Below, in pieces: positions 52,386-62,600 of a stretch of DNA of 64,000 nucleotides (its first letter is position 1; each line of letters begins with the position of its first letter). The notes under the pieces are model-generated. The model had not been told where the DNA came from. It ran no database searches and was given only the letters and a program-made list of their open reading frames with translations. Position numbers and translations under genes: made by a program. The DNA is from an uncultured Verrucomicrobiae bacterium. GTDB taxonomy: Bacteria; Verrucomicrobiota; Verrucomicrobiia; Limisphaerales; Palsa-1400. Location of the stretch: NCBI GenBank assembly GCA_963702845.1, contig OY969763.1, positions 2,080,001-2,144,000 on the forward strand. Reading direction: 5' to 3'.

Positions 52386-52459
52386 ATGTCGCCCCGCTGG
52401 GGCTGAAAAAAACGATCAGGATGGTCATTTTCTATAGACATGCCGCTCCTCTGGAGCTG
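52386..52459. repeat. REP-like doublet
   Basis: ATGTCGCCCCGCTGGGGCTG and ATGCCGCTCCTCTGGAGCTG, each a small hairpin with compensatory changes. Confidence 0.65.
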
Positions 52460-52525
52460 TCGGCATCGTTGCCTTAGTGCAATTTTTTGTTACTCAGGCG
52501 TCCGGAGCTTTTCCCGGGCGGGACT

Positions 52526-53674
52526 TCATTTCGGGCTTTTGAGGAAGGGATACTTAAATTGGTTCATATATCCTTGCGGCACCGGATGGCCGGAGATGCC
52601 GTAGCCGCTGGGCCATTTTTCTTTTGGCAAATGGTGGGTGCCAAAGAGGCGATCCAGTAGCGGGAAGTGGATGGCGAAGTTGACGTCGACAGCTTCGGCT
52701 TCGATGCCGTGATGCCAATGGTGAAAACGGGGGGTGACGAGGATTTTTTCGATAAAGGACAGACGCCAACCGAGGTTGGCGTGGACGAATGTCGAATAAA
52801 CGTAGACGAGCAAAATGTAGCTGTGCATTGCGACATCGGTGAAGCCGAGGGCCATTATCGGTATGGCGGTCATGCTGCGTAACGCGAAGATTTCGAAGAA
52901 GTGCATTCTCGCGCCCGCCATCCAATCCATGTTTTGGGCGGAGTGATGGACGGCATGGAATTTCCAAAGCGCCGGGATGCGGTGGAATGCGCGATGGACC
53001 CAGTATTGCACGAAGTCGGTCAGGAACATGATGGCGATGAATTGGACAACGAACGGTAAAGATCCGACGAACGCGCGGAATCGAGTCAGCGGAGCCAAGG
53101 CGACGATGGCCTTCGCCGGCATGAAGGTCAGGAAGGTGAGAATCTGGACCATGAGGCTGCTTACCAGATAGTAGAAAAGGTCTTCGCGCCATTCTGAACG
53201 GAAGATGTGTTGCTCGGGTTTATTTGGAAAAATGCGTTCGATCGGAACGAAGATCAAGCCGGTGAAGAGAACGTTCAGGACGAACCAATCGAGACCGAAG
53301 AATATGGGGGCGTGGCCATTTTCCAGGGCGGTGCTGCGCGAACCACCGATGACGGTGGCAAGGATTACGGCTGTGACGCCGCATGTGCCAAGGACTTTTC
53401 CGCGACGCAAAACGAGGCTGAGTAAGGCGAGTGCGAACGCACCAATGAGCAATACGTGCAAGCCAAGTCGAAACCAGTGGTTGTCCTGAATCTGACGGGT
53501 TTCAGGCATGGTCAGAAGGTTGGGCATGCGCATGGACAGAACCATCAGAAGTCCGCTGATTCCGAGAACGAGCCCTATAACGCCACTAATCCAGCCGCTG
53601 CCGAATCGGCGCAGGGCTGGAGGAGCTTCGAGTTCTTTGCGGATGTGCAGTCGTGCTTGGTGAATGGGAGTCAT
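52526..53674 (-). CDS. Sterol desaturase/fatty-acid hydroxylase family membrane protein
   Basis: His boxes YWVHRAFH, FHAVHHS, FVHAN and FHHWHH; DRLFGT. Confidence 0.92.
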   Translation of the reverse strand: MTPIHQARLHIRKELEAPPALRRFGSGWISGVIGLVLGISGLLMVLSMRMPNLLTMPETRQIQDNHWFRLGLHVLLIGAFALALLSLVLRRGKVLGTCGVTAVILATVIGGSRSTALENGHAPIFFGLDWFVLNVLFTGLIFVPIERIFPNKPEQHIFRSEWREDLFYYLVSSLMVQILTFLTFMPAKAIVALAPLTRFRAFVGSLPFVVQFIAIMFLTDFVQYWVHRAFHRIPALWKFHAVHHSAQNMDWMAGARMHFFEIFALRSMTAIPIMALGFTDVAMHSYILLVYVYSTFVHANLGWRLSFIEKILVTPRFHHWHHGIEAEAVDVNFAIHFPLLDRLFGTHHLPKEKWPSGYGISGHPVPQGYMNQFKYPFLKSPK

Positions 53675-53844
53675 GGTTGCGGTCGCGAGTATGGCGATTT
53701 CATGGCGCGAGCAAAGTTTTTTTGGTGAACGGGTGGGTTGCGTCACACAGGGCGATTACAGGGTGTGTCGCCTAACGCCGCATTGATTTTGTTGCCTCTT
53801 TCAACTGGTTGAAATCCGGCGAACCTCGCGTAGGTTGCGGTGGG

Positions 53845-54321
53845 ATGAAAAAGAGATTATTGATTCTCGCGGACTTGGGCCATTTGAAAATTTATCGACT
53901 TCTCTACAACGCTCCGGGATTGAAACCAAAATTTGAACTGATCACGAATTTCAGCACGCAGGAGGCTTCCGGTCGATTACGCGATAAAATTACTGACAGC
54001 CCTGAAACCTTTCGTGGTGATGCCGGCATTGGCGAAGGCATTCGCTCCTCGGGTGAACGGCATAATATCAAACTGGAATTTCATCGTCGTGCGATAAAGG
54101 AAATCGCGAAGGAGATTGGTGACGTCATTCGCAATGAGCCGGATCTTGAAGAGTGTCTTTTTGCAGCGGGCAAAGAGATTCACAACCAAATTATCGAACA
54201 CCTTGCACCACAAGCGCGTGGCAAAATTATCGCGCATTGGCATGAAGATTTGACGAAAGTGCCCAATGGCGACCTGGTGGAACGGGTCGAGGAATGGGAA
54301 AAGCAGGCGGTGGGGGCGTAA
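53845..54321 (+). CDS. Host-attachment (AtsE)/baeRF-like protein
   Basis: LLILADLGHLKIYR start, FAAGKEI, EDLTKVP end. Confidence 0.7.
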   Translation: MKKRLLILADLGHLKIYRLLYNAPGLKPKFELITNFSTQEASGRLRDKITDSPETFRGDAGIGEGIRSSGERHNIKLEFHRRAIKEIAKEIGDVIRNEPDLEECLFAAGKEIHNQIIEHLAPQARGKIIAHWHEDLTKVPNGDLVERVEEWEKQAVGA

Positions 54322-54395
54322 AGTCGCAAGAAAACAAATTAGCGAGTGTCAAAGAATACGCTTGAGCGGCGGACAAAAAAAATTACTGTTACGCC

Positions 54396-54698
54396 ATGTC
54401 AAAGGTAAAACACATTGCCCTGCTAAAGTTTAAAGATGGCACCTCGGAAGAGCAGATTAATAAACTGTTCGATGAATTGCTTGATCTGTCCGAAAGCGTT
54501 GACGGTATCGAGGATTATGTTTCGGGCGCCAATATTAGTCCGGAGGGCAAATCCAACGGTCTCACCCACGGCTTCATTATGACGTTTTCCGATGCAGCGG
54601 CGCGCGATGCTTATTTGGGCCATGCCGAACACCAAAAGTTCGAAGCCAATGCAGCGCCGGTCGTTGATTCGGTGGTGGTGGTTGATTTCGAGGTTTAG
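54396..54698 (+). CDS. Dabb (stress-responsive alpha/beta barrel) protein
   Basis: KHIALLKFK, G.NISPE, THGFIMTF, RDAYL.H.EH and VVDF motifs. Confidence 0.92.
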   Translation: MSKVKHIALLKFKDGTSEEQINKLFDELLDLSESVDGIEDYVSGANISPEGKSNGLTHGFIMTFSDAAARDAYLGHAEHQKFEANAAPVVDSVVVVDFEV

Positions 54699-54712
54699 TT
54701 CATTTCACCTTT

Positions 54713-54770
54713 GTAGGAGGTAACGGGTCTCGAAGTTTTCGAATCAGAGACTCGTCATCACGTCTCCTAC
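54713..54770. repeat. GTAG...CTAC REPIN-like inverted repeat
   Basis: GTAGGAG...CTCCTAC outer arms and ACGGGTCTC...GAGACTCGT inner arms; intergenic. Confidence 0.65.
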
Positions 54771-54788
54771 GGAATAAGGTAGAGTGTC

Positions 54789-56597
54789 ATGAAACGCACC
54801 CATCATTGCAACGAACTTCGCCTTTCACATAGCGGACAGACGGTAACGCTGTCCGGTTGGGTGCATTCGCGCCGCGATCTCGGCGGATTGATCTTCATCG
54901 ACATCCGCGATCGCGAAGGCCGCACGCAAACGGTTTTTGATCCGTCGGATTTGCCGAAAGAACTTTTTGACCGCGCGGCATCCTTGCGGAGCGAGTGCGT
55001 CATCAGTGTTACGGGCAAGGTCCGTAACCGTCCGGAAGGCACGAATAATTCGAAGATTCCGACCGGCGAGGTAGAAGTTGCCGTAACCGAATTGGACGTC
55101 TTGAACATGGCGGATGTGCTGCCGTTCCCGGTGGATGATCCCGAGGTGTCGAGCAAGGTTAACGAGGAGCTTCGCCTGAAGTACCGTTATCTCGACCTGC
55201 GCCGCCCTGAAATGGCGCGCAATATGAGGTTGCGCAGCAAGGTCGCGACGGCGGCCCGTGTGTTCTTCGATGAACAGGGGTTTCTGGAAGTCGAAACGCC
55301 CATTCTTTTCAAAAGCACGCCGGAAGGTGCGCGCGAGTTTCTGGTCCCGAATCGACGTGATCCCGGAACGTTCTACGCTTTGCCGCAGTCACCGCAGCAA
55401 TTTAAACAGATCTGCATGGTCGGCGGCATCGAGCGCTATTATCAACTCGCCCGGTGCTTTCGCGATGAAGATCAACGCGCGGATCGCCAACTTGAATTTA
55501 CCCAGGTCGATATCGAGATGAGCTTCATCGAGCGCGAAGATATTTACGCGCTGATTGAAGGTTTGCTCAAACGCGTTTGGAAAACGGCGTTGAACATGGA
55601 TATTCCGACGCCGTTCAAGCGGATTAGCTTTCAGGAAGCTTTGAATCGTTGGGGTGTGGACAAGCCGGACACGCGTTATGGCTTGGAGCTTGTCGATTTC
55701 ACCGAGGAATTTCGCGCGAGCACATTCAAAGTTTTCAGTGGCGCGATTGCGTCCGGCGGCGTGGTCAAGGCGATGAACGTCAAAGGTCTCGCCGATGCGA
55801 CGCAGGGTCAGATTGAAACTATGACCGAATACGCCAAGAGTTTTGGCGCGAAGGGGCTGGCTTATATCAAGGTGGAGAAAGGCGAATGGAAATCGCCAAT
55901 CGTTAAATTTTTCAACGACGCGGAAAAGGCGGCGTTGACGCAAAAATTGCAAATCCAAGAGGGCGACTTGATTCTCTTCGCTGCGGATCAATGGCTGAAT
56001 GCTTGCGAGATTCTTGGCAAAATCCGCGTTTATTGTGCGGACGTGCTGAAGTCTCAAGGTAAGCTGACCATTCCGACAGACCGTTTCGATTTTCTGTGGG
56101 TCATTGATTTTCCGTTACTCTCGTTTGATAAAGAACAGAACCGCTGGTATTCGAGCCACCATCCGTTTACGGCGCCGGTGGCCGAGGATGTCCCGTTCTT
56201 GAAGACTGACCCGAAGAAAGTTCGCGGCCAGCACTATGATATCGTGGTGAACGGTGTTGAACTCGGCGGTGGTTCAATTCGTATTCACCGACCGGACGTC
56301 CAGAAAACGGTGTTCGAAGAAGTGCTGCAGATTCCGCCGGATATGGTGAAGGAACGATTCGGTTATATGCTCGAAGCTTTCCGTTATGGCGCGCCTCCGC
56401 ATGGCGGTATTGCTCTTGGTTTCGATCGTCTGATCGCGACCCTTTGCAATACTCCGAGTATCCGCGACGTGATTGCGTTTCCGAAGACAGCGAAAGGGGT
56501 TGACCTCATGACGGAGTCTCCAGCCGCTGTCGAACCGAAACAATTTCGCGATCTTTATATCGAACTGCGGGTTCCGAAAAAAGAGCCAGCGAAGTAA
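54789..56597 (+). CDS. aspS: Aspartate--tRNA ligase
   Basis: MKRTHHC, RRDLGGLIFID, RLKYRYLDLRR, YALPQSPQ, CFRDED.RADRQ.EFTQ, ELGGGSIRIH and GAPPHGGIALGFDR motifs. Confidence 0.98.
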   Translation: MKRTHHCNELRLSHSGQTVTLSGWVHSRRDLGGLIFIDIRDREGRTQTVFDPSDLPKELFDRAASLRSECVISVTGKVRNRPEGTNNSKIPTGEVEVAVTELDVLNMADVLPFPVDDPEVSSKVNEELRLKYRYLDLRRPEMARNMRLRSKVATAARVFFDEQGFLEVETPILFKSTPEGAREFLVPNRRDPGTFYALPQSPQQFKQICMVGGIERYYQLARCFRDEDQRADRQLEFTQVDIEMSFIEREDIYALIEGLLKRVWKTALNMDIPTPFKRISFQEALNRWGVDKPDTRYGLELVDFTEEFRASTFKVFSGAIASGGVVKAMNVKGLADATQGQIETMTEYAKSFGAKGLAYIKVEKGEWKSPIVKFFNDAEKAALTQKLQIQEGDLILFAADQWLNACEILGKIRVYCADVLKSQGKLTIPTDRFDFLWVIDFPLLSFDKEQNRWYSSHHPFTAPVAEDVPFLKTDPKKVRGQHYDIVVNGVELGGGSIRIHRPDVQKTVFEEVLQIPPDMVKERFGYMLEAFRYGAPPHGGIALGFDRLIATLCNTPSIRDVIAFPKTAKGVDLMTESPAAVEPKQFRDLYIELRVPKKEPAK

Positions 56598-56615
56598 TCG
56601 AAATATTTCACGAAT

Positions 56616-56662
56616 TAAAAAAGGGCGAAGGCTTCGATGAAGTCTTCGCCCTTAAGTTTTTT
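56616..56662. terminator. Bidirectional rho-independent terminator
   Basis: Stem AAGGGCGAAGGCTTC-GAT-GAAGTCTTCGCCCTT flanked by A and T tracts, between convergent genes. Confidence 0.85.
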
Positions 56663-56679
56663 CCAATTAGCGGTCCGCG

Positions 56680-59600
56680 TTAGTTTCCTTGCAGCAGGAA
56701 CGCACCGGATTGTGACGGCGTATAGAAGTAGCCGCGGACTTCGTTCAAACTCGGTATCAAAATCGCTTTGATCGGCGTTACCGTCGCGCTGCCCGGATTG
56801 AGAAATGATCCATTCAAGTAGCCTGCCGATTTGTCGAACGTCAGCTTGAATTTATCGACACTGGTGTCGGCGAAGAAAATGTTGTTGGTCGACATCGCGT
56901 AAACGCCCACTTCATCGCCGAATAGGTTGCCGTTCGAGCAGGTCACGGTGCCGTTGGTGCTGATGACTGGCACGCCGAACTGGAAGGGCACGCTGACGCC
57001 AGATTCAATGGAGAACGTATTCGTGAAGCCGGCGGGGTAATACGTCTTGTTGTTGTTTGTCTTGATGAGGCTGATTCCGTCCGGTTGCACCTGAAGCGGT
57101 TGGGTATCATTGGTCACAGTGACCCAGCCAATCATCGAACCTGCCCCAGAGTAAAGCGGCACATATAACGGCCATTGGCCATTCTTCGAAAGGGCCATCG
57201 TTTGCGACAGGATCGTGCGATCCGGCAACGATCCGGAGAGCGAGAGGCGGTTCGCCGCAGTGACTGTGACCACGCCAATCGCATCGCCGCCCATGTTCGC
57301 GACGCCATCGCCATTGCCAATGAACGCGACGTTAAATTTGCCCACAGTTCCGATTGGAGCAGTCGTCGGAGTCCGATCGCCGAGTAACGTTGCATCCCAC
57401 GTTCCATCCGTTACATCGCCATTGACTTCGTCGCTGTCGCCCAGAAGATCGACTTCCAGGTCTGCGGTGAGACTGACTTTGCCGGTACGTTTGACTGTGA
57501 TGTGCGCGTCACCGTTTGTGTCGAACAAACCGCTCATCGGATATGTGCCACCGCCGGTCTTCATGCTCCCGCTGAACGTGCGTGAGTAGCCAAGTGTGAA
57601 CGTAAAGAAGCCCGAACTTGAATGACTGACGCCCGCGTCTTCATAAAACAATCCATTGTAAGTGCCGGTGATGTGCCGGAAATTGTTCGTGGTGATCGCG
57701 ATCGAAAACGCATTGGTGCCGCTGACGTTCACTCCGGCGTTGGCGGTTGTTCCACTGTCCTTCAGGCAAATGGTGAAGTAGTTCGTGCCGACATAGGCGA
57801 GGGCAGGGCGGAATTTCAGAGTGCCGTTCTTATCGATGGCCGGCTGCGTCGTGAACGCCGCTTTATTTGTGCTGCCGATCACGAAGGTTAAAGTTTGCGC
57901 TACTTCATTCGCCGGGCCGGCTGAAATTGACGTGCAGAAATTGCTGACTGTAATGGTGCTCGAATCTTCCAGCGCCGAAATGTCAGGCGCAGGAATATTG
58001 AAACTCGGCGGGTCGTCGATTGCAGTGATGTTCACGTGCACAGTCGCAATCGTCGTGTCTTGTCCATCGCTCACCAGCAATTGAATCGAAGCAGCTCCGT
58101 TCGCATCAGGTGCAGGCGTGAGTGAGATGAAGAAATTTGTGCCCACCGGCCCGGTTATACCGATGTTGGCCGTCGGGATAATCGATTCGCTCAACGAGAT
58201 TGCCGTGACGCTGATGTTCTCCGGTGCGTCATCCGCATCAGTCACCGTGATCGTGATATTGGTGGTGGAGTCCTCGAGCATGGTGACCGTCGGAATCGTT
58301 TTTACGACGGGCGCCTTATCCACACGCAAGACGACGATCGATAGGATTTGTCCGGCGGATAGGTTTACACCACCGCGGGCCGTCGTGGCGCTGTCTTTCG
58401 CGTAAACAACCAGATCGTTGGTGCCTTTGAAATCAGGTGACAATTTGAACGTTAATGTCCCGGCAGCCGAAATCTTCGGTTGCGTGCTGAACGCGCCGGG
58501 GTTCAGGTTGGTGATAACAAAACTGTTCGTCTGCGCCGTTTCATTTGTTGGCCCAACGCTGCTGGACGTAATCAAATGCGCAAAGGTGAATGCCGGCGCA
58601 CCCTGAATCAGCACAATACGATTGGTTGCCATCGTAAAGGTCGGCGGGTCATTGACCCCTTGCACAGCAATGGTGACAGTTGCCACGGCCGATGTGACAC
58701 CTGCGCCATCAGCGATAAATGCAAAGCTATCCGCTCCGAAATAATTTGTAGCGGGTGTGTAGATCATGCTCGGCGGTGTGCCGGTGAGCGTGCCATGTGC
58801 GGGAGATTGAGTGATGGTAAAATTGAAAATTTGCGGGAAGAACGCATTGTGGGCGCCCAGGACAATCGACGTCACGTGGTCCTCGCTCATTGTGACGGTC
58901 TGGCTCTCAGCTACCGGCCCGGTGTAGGACAGGACAGAAATGTTGCTGGCTACATTATCCGCAACGATGAGAGCGTTGAGATTGAATGCGCTGCTGAATT
59001 TTCCGCCGAACATTGAAATCGGCCCCGGTCCTACTGCGATTGTTCCACCGGTCAAGTAAGACCCTGTGCCGTTATTGAAGAATAAGTCCACCGTGCCGCT
59101 GCCTGAGTTGAGCACGGCCAAATCCGAAATCCCGTTCCCATCCAAATCGCGCAGGAAGAAGTCGATTGGATGCGTCCCAACGTTGTAGTTGGTGCTCATC
59201 GTATAAGTGCCGTTAGATTGCTGTAGGAGGATACTTAACGTGTTCGATCCATAGTTAACCACCGCGATATCCAAACGACCGTCACGATTCACGTCGGGCG
59301 TTACCACACGAATCGGCTTTGGATTCCCACCAGGGAACAGCGTGATCGTTTGAGCAGAGCCGAATGTGCCACCGACTTGTCCAGGAAGAATCGTGACCGT
59401 GCCCGAGGTGTAGTTTGCCGTGATAATATCCTGGCGATTGTCGCCGTTCATGTCAGCGACGTGAATCCACATTGGCTTGGTCCCCACGTTGTAGGTCGTC
59501 GGAGACGTGAATCCAAAGGCTGAAGTTCCAAGCAAAACACTCACCGTATTATCGACCGAGTTCGCGACAATCAAATCCTGATGGCCGTCGCCATTTAAGT

Positions 59601-62600
59601 CGGTGAGGAAAATTGCGGAAATCCCGGAATTCGGCGAAGCGCTCGTGATGTAATTTACTCCAGTGGCGAAGTTTGTTCCGTGCGCACCCGTGCTCATCAT
59701 TACGGTCACCATATTGGTATCAGCGTATGCAATCACCAGGTCTTCATAACCATCGCCGTTTAAATCCGCCGAACGAACCGCCACAGGATGCCCCGCCACG
59801 CTGTAAGTGGTCGTCGCGCCAAACGTCCCGTCATCGTGCGACAACCGGATCGTAATTGTGTTGTCGCTATAATTGCCGACGACAACGTCACGGGCCGTTG
59901 AAGCGGCGCGGAAATTGCCGACCCAAATGCTATCCGGCGTTCCACCGATAGAGTCGCCGACGCCATAGGCGGCAAACGGTTGGACCGTGCCGGTCATTGT
60001 AAGAGTGTCGCTGATCGCGTTGGTAAACCCGGGCGCGCTCGCCGCAAGTTGCTTGTCGCCGAAGGCATTGATTTGCAAGTTGGTGAACGTCGCGACGCCG
60101 TTTCCAGCCGTGCTCCCGGCATCAATCGTTGCCGTTCCAAACAAATATCCAGTACCGGTAGCAATGGAAATCGTAACTGGCAAAGTCGACGGGATGCCAC
60201 TGGCAATATTCCCGAAGGCGTCCGTAGTTTGCACTATCGGTTGCGTGCCAAAAATATGGCCGGCCAACTCAGACGCGGGTAATTGCGTGAAGCTCAAATG
60301 TGTCGCCGGACCTGCAATAACCGTCACCGGATCAGAAACGGCATTCACACTGGAGGCGGTAAACTGCAGATTCAACACAGTCGCATTGAAGTGCGTCAGA
60401 TTCGTATACGTCACAATACCGCCGACCGCAGTCATCGTCGTTGTTCCGCGTAATGTGCCCACGCCATTGATGCGGCTGGCAGTGACTTGCGTGGTATTGT
60501 CCGTCGTCTCGAGATTGCCATAAGCATCCATCAACCAGACAACCGGCTGCTGTGGGAATAGTTGGCCAGCGGTGATCGGCGAACTCGGCTGCAAATGGAC
60601 CAACAGCTCGGCCAATGGTCCTGGAGCGACCTGAATGGAAGTAGATGTCACCGATGTGAGTCCCACACTGCTGAAGGTGAGCGTCATTGAGCCCGCAACG
60701 GTTTCCGCAATGTCAGTAAACGTGAACACGCCGTTCACAGCGGTAATAGTGGTTGTGCCCACCAATGTGCCGCCAGCAGTGCGCGTCACCGTTACTTGCG
60801 TGACGTTATCACCGGTGCTGATGTTTCCGAACGCATCCCGAACCGAGAGAATCGGCTGTGATGAGAAGACCTGACCAGCGATTGCAGTGGCAGCCGGTTG
60901 TGTGTCGATCAGCAACCGCGAACCAGCTGCGGGCCCAACGTGAATTGTGTCCGAAGTCACCGCTGGGAAAGAGCCGCCGTTAAAGTCCAATTGCACATTT
61001 GCGGCGAAATCGAAATAGATGTTGGTGAATGTCACGATGCCGCTTGCGGCAGTGATTGTCAGCGTTCCTTCGATTCCTGTGCCGCCACCGTGCAACGACG
61101 CTGTGACCGCTGTGCTGTTATCTTCCGTAATCGTATTGCCATAGTTGTCGGCAATTTGAATCACTGGTTGATTGGTCAGAATATCGCCCGCGGTCGCATT
61201 GGTGGAGGGTTGTGTTTGAATAACCAATTGTGCGGCGCTCGCATGGGCAACCGGGAAGGTGGAACTCGATACGCTTGTTAAGCCGCTCGCGCTCGCCTGC
61301 AATTGTTTGCCAGTTCCGGCTGCATCGATTCGCAGATTGGTAAAGCTGACCGAGCCGTTTCCATTGGCTGTTCCGATGTCAAGCGTCGTCGTGCCTTGTA
61401 ACGGTCCTGTGCCCGATTGCAGCGTCAATGAAATCGGCAAGCTCGCGCCTAAACCAGACGTTGACGCATTGCCATATGCATCATACGAACGCACCACTGG
61501 TTGAGCACCGAACACGGAACCTGCCGTCGCCGACCCCGGTTGAATTGTAAATGCGAGGTGATTTGCGTTCGCGGGATTGATCTGGACCGAACTCGAAATT
61601 GCGGTGCTCAGGCTGCCGCTGGAGAACAGAATCGTGATGTTGCCTGCGACAGTGTGGAACAGATTAGCAAATGTCGCCACGCCGCCGGAAGCAGTCACGG
61701 ATGCCGTTCCCTGCAATGTTCCCGCGCCGCTGCTGCGAACGGCGGTCACAACGCTGGAATTATCCGAGGTCAGAACATTGTTATATTGGTCCTGAATTTG
61801 AATAACCGGCTGAGTGACAAATGCCGTTCCGGCTGTTGCGACGGATGACGGTTGAATGGCAATCGCGAGGTGATCTGCTGCCGCTGGGTTGATCGTGATC
61901 GAGCTCGAACGCGCGCCTGTCAAACTGCCGCTCGTGAAATCCAAAGTCATCGTCGTTGCTTCCGTCTCGCTCAAGTTCGCGAAAGTCGCCACACCGCTCG
62001 CCGCAGTGGCGCTCAGTGTGCCTTGCAAGGCACCACTAAATGTGCGCGTCACGACCACAAGAGAACTGTTGTCGGATGTAACGATGTTATTGAATGAATC
62101 TTCAATGGCGACGATTGGTTGCGGCGAGAATGTTTGGCCGGCGATAGCAGTGGCGCCCGGCTGCGTCAAAATCACCAGCTTCGAAGCGCTCGTCGGACTG
62201 ACGTTGATGCTCGTCGACGTGGCCGAACCCAAACCGCCGCTGCTAAACGTAATCGTAATCGTGTTCGCCACGTTATGCGACAGGCCGGCATATGTCGCAA
62301 CACCACCGACTACCGTGACGTTCAGCGTACCTTGCAACGTACCCGAGCCCGCATTGCGCGTCGCCGTGATGACCGTAGAGTTATCCTCGGTAATCAGGTT
62401 GCCGAACCCGTCTTCAATTCGAACGATCGGTTGTTGAGCAAAGGCAACACCAGCGGTCGCGCTGGAAGAGGGCTGTTGCTGAATTGTCAACGTCGACGCA
62501 GCTGCATGAGCGACAGTGAAGACCGAACTTGAAACGCCGGTCAAACCACCTGCGCTCGCGCTCAGTTGCTTATTATTTCCAGCAACATCGATGCGCAAAT

